DNA from: Deltaproteobacteria bacterium
GTDB lineage: Bacteria > Bdellovibrionota > FAC87 > UBA2466
NCBI GenBank assembly: GCA_900299195.1
Contig: OMIX01000089.1
Location: 2,892-66,891 of the forward strand
DNA: 64,000 nt
Direction of reading: 5' to 3'
Position 1 is the stretch's first letter, and the number at the start of each line of letters is the position of its first letter. Below, one piece after another: positions 55,767-64,000 of this stretch. The notes beneath the pieces were generated by a model. The model was not told the DNA's origin, made no database searches, and was given only the letters and a program-made list of their open reading frames with translations. Both the position numbers and the translations under genes were made by a program.

Positions 55767-56657
55767 TTAATTGAGACTTTCTGAGAACTGTTCCACTTTT
55801 TGAGAAACTTCTGCGATTCGCTGACACCCTACCATTAAGTTTTCCAAATGCTTAAGCGGCCAGGCATTAGTAGCATCTGATAAAGCTTGAGAAGGATTGG
55901 GATGAGTTTCAGCAAAAAAACCGGTGACACCCACCGCGGCCCCGGCTCTCGCCAAATGGGGAATAGCCTCTCGTAGCCCAGCCGTAGATTCTCCAAGTCC
56001 CCCAGGAAGTTGAACCGAGTGAGTAATATCAAGTATCAGTTCCGCACCCAATTTTTCCATCTCAGAAAAGCCTGAGAAATCTACTACCAATCGTTGGTAA
56101 CCAAAAGAAACGCCTCGCTCGGTTATCCAAAACCCCTGGGCTTTAAATTCCTCTAATTTATTTAAAATTTGTTTAACGTTGGCAGGACTTAAAAACTGCC
56201 CTTTCTTTACATTGACACATTTGCCAGTCTTGCTGGCAGCCTCTAGGAGGTCGGTTTGTCGACATAGAAAAGCTGGGATCTGCAAAACGTCCGCTACTTC
56301 CGCTACTGGTTTGGCCTGATGGGTCTCATGAATATCGGTAACAATGGGAAGTCCAAATTCTTTTTTTACCCAAGATAATTCTTTAAGCCCCTCTTCAATC
56401 CCCAAACCTCGATAGCTTTTGTGAGAGGTTCGGTTGGCTTTATCAAAAGACGCTTTAAAAACTACCGGAATTTTATGTTTTTCAGAGATTGTCTTCACGC
56501 TCTCAGCAATGGTCCTTAAAACTTCTCGACTCTCGATAACGCAAGGTCCAACGAACCAGAAGGGATTCCTTTGACCTCCCTCTTGTAGCTTATTTTTGAA
56601 GTCAAACATGAAGGTTAACCTACCTTGCCATTCCCGTTCTATCAAGCCTCTAAGCAA
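55767..56657 (-). CDS. kdsA: 3-deoxy-8-phosphooctulonate (KDO-8-P) synthase
   Basis: GPCVIESREV, FKASFDKANR, TDIHE, QIPAFLCRQTDLL motifs. True start is probably ATG at 56609. Confidence 0.9.
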   Translation of the reverse strand: MLRGLIEREWQGRLTFMFDFKNKLQEGGQRNPFWFVGPCVIESREVLRTIAESVKTISEKHKIPVVFKASFDKANRTSHKSYRGLGIEEGLKELSWVKKEFGLPIVTDIHETHQAKPVAEVADVLQIPAFLCRQTDLLEAASKTGKCVNVKKGQFLSPANVKQILNKLEEFKAQGFWITERGVSFGYQRLVVDFSGFSEMEKLGAELILDITHSVQLPGGLGESTAGLREAIPHLARAGAAVGVTGFFAETHPNPSQALSDATNAWPLKHLENLMVGCQRIAEVSQKVEQFSESLN

Positions 56658-56715
56658 TCACAGATAAATTAGCTCGTTTTTGCAGTTTTTTTAACTTTAG
56701 GAAGAGCCATTTTTA

Positions 56716-57642
56716 ATGGTAAAACTACGGGGTTTTCGTATGGCACATTCTGAAAAATTTGAATTCAAAAAGCTCACTCCAAGAGCCCGCCCTGTTCTAA
56801 AATGGGCGGGTGGGAAGTCGCAACTACTCCCCCAACTTATTCCCTTTTTCCCTACCCAATTTAATCGTTATATTGAGCCTTTTCTGGGGGCTGGTTCCGT
56901 CTACTTTTCTTTAGATCCCAAATGCCCCGCCTTAATTAATGATGCCAATCCCGAACTTTATGAACTTTACCTTGTTTTGAGAGATCATCCGGCAGCTCTC
57001 TGCCGATTATTAGATAAATACTCAAGGAAATACTCAGAACAATTTTATTATGACCTTAGAGCTTCTCAACCCAGAAACCCCATCTCAAAAGCAGCACGTT
57101 TTATTTTTCTCAACAAGACAGGTTTTAATGGACTCTATCGCTTAAATTCAAAAGGCCACTTTAATGTTCCTTTTGGAAAGAGGGAAAAATGTCCCTTACT
57201 TTACGATGAGGAAAATATTAAACGAGTGTCGGAGCGTTTAAAAAAAAGTCAGATCAAAAATATGGATTTTGAAAAAGTCATTCGCTTAGCCAAAAAGGGA
57301 GATTTTGTTTATTGCGATCCCCCCTATTCCCCACTATCGAGAACTTCATCTTTCAACAGCTACACAGCAGGTGGTTTTTCTGACCAAGAGCAAAATCGCC
57401 TAAAAGAGGCCTGCGCAGAAGCAGCTCACCGAGGAGCTTTTGTGGCTGTTTCCAACTCTTCGGCCCCAATTATTTTAGAACTTTTTAAAGATTGGAAGAT
57501 ACACCTGATTAAAGCTCGACGAAGCATTAACTCTAAGAGCCATTTGCGCGGACCCATTCATGAGGTTTTGACGACCTCCTGGGACTTTAAAAAAAATCAC
57601 TTTAATTCAAATCATCCGGGCCGACCACTTTTCCATCTGTGA
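56716..57642 (+). CDS. Dam-family (D12 class) N6-adenine DNA methyltransferase
   Basis: LKWAGGKSQLL, EPFLGAGSV (FxGxG), DPPY catalytic motif. No adjacent restriction endonuclease. Confidence 0.85.
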   Translation: MVKLRGFRMAHSEKFEFKKLTPRARPVLKWAGGKSQLLPQLIPFFPTQFNRYIEPFLGAGSVYFSLDPKCPALINDANPELYELYLVLRDHPAALCRLLDKYSRKYSEQFYYDLRASQPRNPISKAARFIFLNKTGFNGLYRLNSKGHFNVPFGKREKCPLLYDEENIKRVSERLKKSQIKNMDFEKVIRLAKKGDFVYCDPPYSPLSRTSSFNSYTAGGFSDQEQNRLKEACAEAAHRGAFVAVSNSSAPIILELFKDWKIHLIKARRSINSKSHLRGPIHEVLTTSWDFKKNHFNSNHPGRPLFHL

Positions 57643-58279
57643 GAGTAATCACTCTGTCAGCAAACTTAATCACCCTGGGATCGTGGGATGAAAAAATAAA
57701 AGTAGTCCCATTAATTTCGTTAAGCCTTTGAAAAAGCTGTAAAAGCATTTCTGCAGTGGCAGCATCTAGATTAGCGGTAGGTTCATCAGCAAAGACGATT
57801 TTAGGTTCAGTCACCATGGCACGAGCCACTGCGACCCTTTGTTGTTGGCCTCCAGAAAGCTCCGCAGGCTTTCTATGTTCTAGACCTTGCAACCCAACCT
57901 CCTTGATCCACTCTTTGGCTTTTTGGAGTCGTTCATTACGTTTCATTCCCTTTAAGGCCAAAGGATATTCCACATTTTCTAAAACTGTCAGCACGGGAAA
58001 TAAATTATAGGATTGAAAAATAAAACCGACTTGTCCGCGTCTTAACTCCAGAACTTCATCCGAATTCAAATACTTCAGGGATTGCTCTAATAACTTCACC
58101 TCTCCAAGACTAAAGTCATCGAGCCCAGCCGCAATATTTAATGCTGTAGTTTTTCCCGAGCCTGAGGGACCCGCTAAAGCGATCAACTCCCCTTTTTGTA
58201 TCGAAAAACTCACATTGTGGATTCCAGCTTTATCCTGACCATAAACTTTACTCACTTCATTAAACTCAAGAATATTCAT
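57602..58279 (-). CDS. ABC transporter ATP-binding protein (LolD/MacB/FtsE-like)
   Basis: Walker A GPSGSGKTT, signature LSGGQQQRVAVA, Walker B. Start chosen at ATG 58279 (MNILEFNEV), TAATG overlap with the permease stop. The track ORF extends further upstream. Confidence 0.85.
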   Translation of the reverse strand: MNILEFNEVSKVYGQDKAGIHNVSFSIQKGELIALAGPSGSGKTTALNIAAGLDDFSLGEVKLLEQSLKYLNSDEVLELRRGQVGFIFQSYNLFPVLTVLENVEYPLALKGMKRNERLQKAKEWIKEVGLQGLEHRKPAELSGGQQQRVAVARAMVTEPKIVFADEPTANLDAATAEMLLQLFQRLNEINGTTFIFSSHDPRVIKFADRVITLTDGKVVGPDDLN

Positions 58280-59523
58280 TAATGACTCCTTAGCGCTTTC
58301 ATGGGCGTTAAATTTCCTGCGTGTTTGGCTGGAAAATACGAAACTAAAAGAGCTAAACACAGGATGACACTGGTCACTACCCAACTGTTGTATAACCTCA
58401 CGGTGGGGTAACTGATCGTTTGAACTACGGCCCCTTGAATCACAAAGTCTTTAGAAGTGAGCCATCTCAAATCAAAGCCAATCTGGTTAAAAAAGCCCGT
58501 CACAAACCACCCAAATACATTTCCCACTAGCACACCCACTAAGGTGAGTAACATCGTCTCAACAACTACCATTTTAATGACCTCGTCCCTAGCGGTTCCT
58601 ATCGCCAACATCACACCAAATTCCCGAGTTCTTTCCATAATGCTCATGAGAATAGAGTTAGCAATTCCAAGAGCCGCCACACAGAGAATCAAAATCATCA
58701 GAAGTCGATTCACTGCCCTATCCAGTTCGATCATGGCTACCACTGGCCGTTGTAGTTCCTTCCATGAAAAAATTTCTATTTGCGAACCCACAGAGAACCC
58801 CTTTTCAAACAACTCTTTAAACCCTGCGGTTTTTTCTTCTTGTTTCAGAATAACCGCAATCTGATGAAAACTTTGTTCTCCCAAACTGAGAATAGATCGT
58901 GCGTCCTCTAAAGAAATAAACCCCACCGATTTGTCAGCATCAGATTCGGTCTCAAAAATTCCGCTCACAAAAAACAGCTCATTTCCTACGGAGCCATCTA
59001 CACCTTGGGTGAGCACTACAAGTTTTGAACCGATATCGGCCGATAAAGTTTCGGCTGTTTTACTCCCAATCACAATGGAATGACTTTTAGGCGCTATCAA
59101 AAATTCACCCTTAATCATTTTTTGGGAAAAAGCGGTGACTCTGGCTTCGTTTTTTGAATTAACCCCCATCACCCATAAATTGCTTGAGCCACGAGCTGAA
59201 GATAACATCGCAGAAAGAACAACCCGCTCGCTATGAGCTTCCACATCTGAACGCGATTGAATCCACTGGTTCACTGCCGAGCCATCTTTAATGAAAATTT
59301 GGGTTGAGTTGTTCTTTTCAAATCCTTGAGCTGAAATAGCCAAGTGGCCACTGTGATATCGGATCACGTTATGTATGACCTGCTCATGAAAGGTATCATA
59401 ATAATTACGGAGAAAAACAAGAGCCATGACCCCAAGTCCGATAGCATTGATCGTAATAAACGTTCTTCGTTTATTTCTCCAAATGTTCTTCCAGCATAAC
59501 TTTAAGAAATAAGTATTCATCAT
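58279..59523 (-). CDS. FtsX-like ABC transporter permease (LolC/E/MacB-type)
   Basis: N-terminal TM, large periplasmic domain, three C-terminal TMs. 414 aa. Confidence 0.8.
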   Translation of the reverse strand: MMNTYFLKLCWKNIWRNKRRTFITINAIGLGVMALVFLRNYYDTFHEQVIHNVIRYHSGHLAISAQGFEKNNSTQIFIKDGSAVNQWIQSRSDVEAHSERVVLSAMLSSARGSSNLWVMGVNSKNEARVTAFSQKMIKGEFLIAPKSHSIVIGSKTAETLSADIGSKLVVLTQGVDGSVGNELFFVSGIFETESDADKSVGFISLEDARSILSLGEQSFHQIAVILKQEEKTAGFKELFEKGFSVGSQIEIFSWKELQRPVVAMIELDRAVNRLLMILILCVAALGIANSILMSIMERTREFGVMLAIGTARDEVIKMVVVETMLLTLVGVLVGNVFGWFVTGFFNQIGFDLRWLTSKDFVIQGAVVQTISYPTVRLYNSWVVTSVILCLALLVSYFPAKHAGNLTPMKALRSH

Positions 59524-59530
59524 GTAACCT

Positions 59531-60334
59531 TTAGAGCTTATCGGAATCCATCGATTCTTTTGACCATCCCGAATCTAAATTGAGAGCGTTGTGAGCTGAT
59601 TCTCTGAGCTTTTCCCGCTCAAACCATTGAGGATGGACTTTCTTATCAAAAATCATCTTTTCGTAGGTCACAATCGTTTGATCCTTAGGAGAACTCGTAT
59701 TTCGAATTTTCAAAACCGTCGGAACAACTCGATCATCCATTTTTCTAAACGAAGATAAAGTCAACGTTCTCACTAATTGGCCTTTTTCATCGTAATAATC
59801 TTCTTTAACCGGCAAATGGTCACTCACTCTTGCCCAATAATTAATTTTTCCCCAAACAACCGGGGCATTAGTCTTAGGTAAACACTCAATCAAATGAACT
59901 TTTTCATTTCCGATTTTTTCGGTTCTGACCCAACGGTGAGTGTAGTCTACCGATAATGAACTCAGTTTCATCAAGTCATCATTGGTGAAATCACTTCCCA
60001 TCCAAGATTGCAGCATGACTGAAGTAGGAATTCGAACCGTTTGATCTGTTTTAGGAAAGAAATTCCACATTTGGTTATCTACTCTCAGAGAGGCAATCCC
60101 TTTCTCTTTGGCAGGAGCAAGAATGGATACCATCGACCGATTTTTTCCTACCGTCCAGGATCTCAGTCTCAACTCTCTTTGATAACTTTCATGTTCAATG
60201 TTCATTTTCATGAGGGTTTGTGTTGAGCGTCCTCTAAGAAGGGATTCCCCTCTTTCTACTATTTCAGTCGGATTGGGTGCCGAAAAAAGCCCCCCACTGA
60301 ATAATACGGTTAATAATAAAACGGTGTTTTTCAT
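59531..60334 (-). CDS. LolA-like outer-membrane lipoprotein-sorting family protein
   Basis: Signal peptide. Typical gene order LolA-like, then FtsX permease, then ABC ATPase. Confidence 0.6.
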   Translation of the reverse strand: MKNTVLLLTVLFSGGLFSAPNPTEIVERGESLLRGRSTQTLMKMNIEHESYQRELRLRSWTVGKNRSMVSILAPAKEKGIASLRVDNQMWNFFPKTDQTVRIPTSVMLQSWMGSDFTNDDLMKLSSLSVDYTHRWVRTEKIGNEKVHLIECLPKTNAPVVWGKINYWARVSDHLPVKEDYYDEKGQLVRTLTLSSFRKMDDRVVPTVLKIRNTSSPKDQTIVTYEKMIFDKKVHPQWFEREKLRESAHNALNLDSGWSKESMDSDKL

Positions 60335-60503
60335 AGAATCCCCCCCTAATACCCCAAATGATTAATCTAAAAGTTTTAGACCGTGATTAGGGGACGGTGT
60401 GCTTTTTGTTAATGTGACAACATTTAATTAAAAACAGCATAACTAATTGAAATAATGAAATAATTTAAACTATCATCCTTATTGAAAAAACCATTATTAT
60501 GCG

Positions 60504-62711
60504 TTGCATAAATATGTTTATTTTGTTACAACGCGGGGCATTCAGGAGGGGCGAATGGCTTTATTTCGAGCTGCGAAAGTAGGTTTTCTCTTTCTCACTT
60601 GTTTTTCGATAGGGGCCATCGCCAAAGAGACTCTTTACTCCAAACTTCCTATTCCCGCTAATTGCGAATCTGACTATCAAAAAGGAAATGAAAAAATCGC
60701 TCATCTGGTAAGCCAAGGCTTTGACCTAGGCAAAAGAGGCGAAACTATTGCAGAGTTAGACAACGCCCTTGAAACCTATCCCCAAGAAAGTCCCTGTCGT
60801 TTTTATTTCTCTGTGGGAATGTTTGATGCTCAGGCCCTTCTTCAGCAAATGGCTTCGCTTGAGTATTTTCTCGAGTTAGATCAAATCAAAATAAATCAAC
60901 AAACTCACACTTTGATTGGAGTTCAAAGTCTTTATCGAGAACGATTTCAAAAACTAGGACTGGATCCGAAATCCCTTCTTAGCCTCCAAAAAGATGAAAA
61001 ACTTAGGACAGAAGCCGTTCGAAATATTTCTGACAATTTAAACAAACTAGCCGACGAAAAATCAGAAGCTATTTTTTTAGGTCGGTTTGTTTTTGTGGGC
61101 CACTCAATGCCCGTTTTCACCCTTTTTGACTACGATTTCGAACCTTCGGGCAAAATAAAGGTCGGGGATAACCATCAAGAGCTGATTCTAGAAGGTTCCT
61201 ATCCCAGAATTGCAAAAATAAACTTCGAAAAAGCTATTGCAGTAGCTAAAGAATATTTAGAATGGCGACCGAGTTTGTTTTTTGGAGAAGACTCATTCTG
61301 GCGAGGGGCTTGGTGGAGATATTTTGGTTCCCCGTATGAAAAATCATTAAGAGAAGTTAAGCAGGAAGGGTACGATCGACTTTTTTTAAGCCACATTAGC
61401 TTTGCTAGAAAACTTCGTTTGGGCACGGATGAATATTTAAAAATCTACCAGCTCATGCTCAACAAAGAGAAAGCGGTTCTAGCTCGAGAATTAAACACTT
61501 ACGAAAAAATGTACAAATACCGCTGGGCTCCAGTCCTTATCCCTGTAGGTATGTACGTCGGCTCGGCTTTATTGGTTAAAAGCACTTTGTTTGCGGCCTT
61601 ACCTTCGGGAACTACTTCTTTCAGTTTCGTGGGGGGCAGCTTAGGTTTGGCTACTAACGCTTCAGCAGCTGTGAGTCTTCTGACTCTTAGTACTTACTCA
61701 GGCCTGGGGGCGAGAGCCGCCTACATGGATTACCAAACGCGCAAAGCTCAAGGACTTCCTTTTAAGACGTCTGATGTTTTCGACTATGTGGTAGGAGCGA
61801 CTTATCAAGCGTTTCCCTTGGCGGCGATTATGCCAGTCATTGTGGGAGGAGCTGTCTACAGTGCTCATGAAGCTTTTATTGCCGCCAAAAGTTTGTTAAG
61901 TAGCACCATCTCCATGGGGAAATCGATCCAAACCTTAGGTTATCAAGGCTCCCTACAGGCCGCTAAAAGCTATTTAATCCAACTCCCTGGAAAACTGGTA
62001 ACTCTTCCCCAGTTTGTGGCTCAAAAGTGGCTTGAATCCTGGTACAAAAATCCCAAAATACTCCTTAGCAATTATGGAGCTGATATCCTAATGACTCTCA
62101 TCTTTGATTGCGGTTATCGACAAGTGAATTTGGAGGGACAGGATGTTTGTGTTTGGAAAGATGAAAACGGAACCCACGTTAACTCTCAATTTCTCTACTC
62201 TCTCTCCTCTACAGTGATTGTGGGTGGAATTTCCAAGCCCGTTACGCTCATTCCCTCGTTTGGTGCTCGCTGGATGACCTACCGGGGAGTAACTTTGCTC
62301 AGTGGTATTGTCAGTCAGCTCATCGTGAGCGGCCATTTAGATGAAAAAAGATTGCTGTTCGATCAAGTGTACGGTGCTGGTCCTTCAAGCGCTAAAGGCG
62401 AGTTTGAGCGTTACATTAGAATGAGTGACTGGGTTCAAAGTCGTTCTACGGTTGAGCAAACTATTCTGCTCATCGCACTGAGAGCCCTGGTACTCTCGCC
62501 CATTGAATCGCCCATCAAAATTTATTTCTTAGATCGGTTTGTCAAAGGACAACTGAGACCTGTTCAAGAGCTCAAAAACTTAATGAAAGATGTAGTTCAG
62601 ATCAGCATCGATGATCTTGATGATGTCGCTGTGGAGCAAGCTATTGAGGCCCTAAGAAATGAAAAAGAGGTTATTGAAGCAATAACCTCTTCTTACAAAC
62701 CTTCTAACTAA
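60504..62711 (+). CDS. Hypothetical large membrane protein
   Basis: Possible internal start MALFRAAKVGFLFL (signal). Central cluster of hydrophobic helices. No recognized domain. Confidence 0.5.
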   Translation: MHKYVYFVTTRGIQEGRMALFRAAKVGFLFLTCFSIGAIAKETLYSKLPIPANCESDYQKGNEKIAHLVSQGFDLGKRGETIAELDNALETYPQESPCRFYFSVGMFDAQALLQQMASLEYFLELDQIKINQQTHTLIGVQSLYRERFQKLGLDPKSLLSLQKDEKLRTEAVRNISDNLNKLADEKSEAIFLGRFVFVGHSMPVFTLFDYDFEPSGKIKVGDNHQELILEGSYPRIAKINFEKAIAVAKEYLEWRPSLFFGEDSFWRGAWWRYFGSPYEKSLREVKQEGYDRLFLSHISFARKLRLGTDEYLKIYQLMLNKEKAVLARELNTYEKMYKYRWAPVLIPVGMYVGSALLVKSTLFAALPSGTTSFSFVGGSLGLATNASAAVSLLTLSTYSGLGARAAYMDYQTRKAQGLPFKTSDVFDYVVGATYQAFPLAAIMPVIVGGAVYSAHEAFIAAKSLLSSTISMGKSIQTLGYQGSLQAAKSYLIQLPGKLVTLPQFVAQKWLESWYKNPKILLSNYGADILMTLIFDCGYRQVNLEGQDVCVWKDENGTHVNSQFLYSLSSTVIVGGISKPVTLIPSFGARWMTYRGVTLLSGIVSQLIVSGHLDEKRLLFDQVYGAGPSSAKGEFERYIRMSDWVQSRSTVEQTILLIALRALVLSPIESPIKIYFLDRFVKGQLRPVQELKNLMKDVVQISIDDLDDVAVEQAIEALRNEKEVIEAITSSYKPSN

Positions 62712-62745
62712 ATAGAGGGGCTGACCCACCGCCTCTCTTTCAGTT

Positions 62746-63198
62746 TTAGTAATCCTCAACTTCAATGAGTTCTTCGTCTTCTCGCAAACGATACACTAAA
62801 GCAGTTTCGATAGTCTTAGGTTTAAACGCTTTCTTGAGTTCGTTGTAAACCAAATCGGGATCAAAATCTTTACAGCTATAACAGTCAAAAGTGAAGAAGG
62901 GCTTAAAAATACGCCGCTGAATTCCCCTGGGTTTCGGCTTACCGTCTTTTTGACCTTTGGGGAAAGTATGAATGCTGATGTGACTGGTAGCGATGATGGC
63001 TGTTCCAGTGATACCAATATCAGGATGATCTTCTGGACGAACCTTGTAAACGATCGGTAAACCCATACGCTGCATTCCAATTTTGTCAGGTAAAGTCTTA
63101 AGAAAAGAATAAACAACATCAAAAGACATCAATGATTTTTTATCACAATCAAACCCGGAACACATTAAGTGGGGCCATCCTCGATAATTTTGGTCCAT
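62746..63198 (-). CDS. S-adenosylmethionine decarboxylase family proenzyme (SpeH/SpeD class 1, pyruvoyl-dependent)
   Basis: Motif IIATSHISIHTFPK resembles the AdoMetDC self-cleavage and active-site region (ESHISIHTWPE). Confidence 0.55.
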   Translation of the reverse strand: MDQNYRGWPHLMCSGFDCDKKSLMSFDVVYSFLKTLPDKIGMQRMGLPIVYKVRPEDHPDIGITGTAIIATSHISIHTFPKGQKDGKPKPRGIQRRIFKPFFTFDCYSCKDFDPDLVYNELKKAFKPKTIETALVYRLREDEELIEVEDY

Positions 63199-63355
63199 CC
63201 ATTCATCTCCTTATAAAGCCAGACAGTGCCTGGATTTTTACGAATCAATGATTTTCTTTTTACTCTCTTATTTTGAATTTGCAATTATCAACTTACAGAA
63301 ATTTGAATTTTTTTTAAATTGTCATTTCAAGGTGGGTTAAGAGATAAATTCCTCT

Positions 63356-64000
63356 ATGAATCAGCTTGTAAAGGCCGAGGAGAGTTTACTCTATTTTAAC
63401 TCGGCCAATCTTTCCATTTGCCCACCTACCATTTTGGAAGCCACCGAGAGATATCGTCGAGAATTTGAAAAAAACCCCACTCAAGGACTTAAAAATGCTT
63501 GGAAACAACTGTGGCAAGTTCAAACCTCCCTCGCAGAGTTTTTTGGCGCTAGGCCTAAAGATCTTATTTTGAGAACTAACGTCACTGAAGTCCTTAATAC
63601 GTTCATTTTAGGTTACCCGTTACAGCCAAAAGATGAAATTTTGATAGGAGAACTCGAATACGGCGCGATTGGCAATATCTGTCAATTTAGGGCTCAACGA
63701 GACAACTTGAATTTAAGAGTATTAAAAATTCCACAAAGCCAGGCTGCTTTAGCATCGATGACCGAAGACAGCCTAGTGGATCTCATTTGCTCTCAATTCT
63801 CCCCCCAAACTCGGGTGTTAGTCATAAGTCATGTCATTGCGAGCCTAGGGTTAAAAATTCCCATTGAAAAGTTGGGTAAGACAACCCGGAAGTTAGGTAT
63901 CGCGCTCATTATTGATGGAGCCTATGCCCCAGGCGCCATCCCAATCAATTTTGAATGCTTGGATGAAATCGACTTTTATGGCTGCAGTCTTTACAAATGG
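63356..64000 (+). CDS. Class V (fold type I) PLP-dependent aminotransferase/desulfurase-like enzyme, N-terminal part (continues beyond the window)
   Basis: ATG at 63356, open to the window end. Pattern ...IDGAYAPGAIPINFECLDEIDFYGCSLYKW with the PLP-lysine context (SLYKW). Confidence 0.65.
   Translation, partial: MNQLVKAEESLLYFNSANLSICPPTILEATERYRREFEKNPTQGLKNAWKQLWQVQTSLAEFFGARPKDLILRTNVTEVLNTFILGYPLQPKDEILIGELEYGAIGNICQFRAQRDNLNLRVLKIPQSQAALASMTEDSLVDLICSQFSPQTRVLVISHVIASLGLKIPIEKLGKTTRKLGIALIIDGAYAPGAIPINFECLDEIDFYGCSLYKW

Noticed and set aside
57602-58384. N-terminal 35-aa extension of the ABC ATPase.
   Set aside because: The extension overlaps the FtsX permease coding region. ATG at 58279 gives a canonical ABC N-terminus (MNILEFNEVSKVYG) with a TAATG stop-start overlap.

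Overview
This is a 64 kb chromosomal window of moderate-to-low GC content. Its gene content (many exported hypothetical proteins, lipoproteins, M16 peptidases, LPS/heptose sugar genes) is compatible with a Gram-negative, possibly Bdellovibrio-like or Oligoflexia-type organism; that is an inference only. Housekeeping content: recQ; an ABC-F ATPase with bcp; a CPBP protease; a transaldolase, GmhA-like SIS and Gfo/Idh/MocA trio; an aldo-keto reductase with a CoA-transferase; a periplasmic peroxide and redox cluster (di-heme cytochrome c peroxidase, a secreted CXXCH protein, an MBL-fold protein); the conserved gap-pgk-tpiA-secG operon followed by tRNA-Leu(GAG) and tRNA-Val(CAC); a YhaM-like HD exoribonuclease; an inositol monophosphatase-family enzyme; an M16 peptidase pair; an envelope polysaccharide/LPS locus (NAD-dependent epimerase, GT2, HddA-like GHMP kinase, SDR, two GmhB-like HAD phosphatases, Fcl, GlmS, acyltransferase-3, Wzm/Wzt-type ABC exporter, KdsA); an orphan Dam-family N6-adenine methyltransferase; a LolCDE-like ABC and FtsX set with a LolA-like protein; an AdoMetDC-family proenzyme; and a partial class V aminotransferase. 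Candidates worth follow-up: (1) next to the tRNAs, an apparently exported Hanks-type Ser/Thr kinase with a lipobox, a membrane-anchored transglutaminase-like cysteine protease and a signal-peptide nucleotidyltransferase-domain protein; (2) a 78-aa signal-peptide-bearing Cys/Arg-rich cationic peptide with a strong SD and an upstream palindrome; (3) a 34-bp duplicate of the glmS 3-prime end flanking a single acyltransferase gene, an attTn7-like insertion signature; (4) a split heptose-precursor pathway plus Fcl without a recognizable heptose nucleotidyltransferase; (5) two paralogous FadL-like outer-membrane proteins with disordered C-terminal tails. No CRISPR array, rRNA, transposase or integrase was seen.
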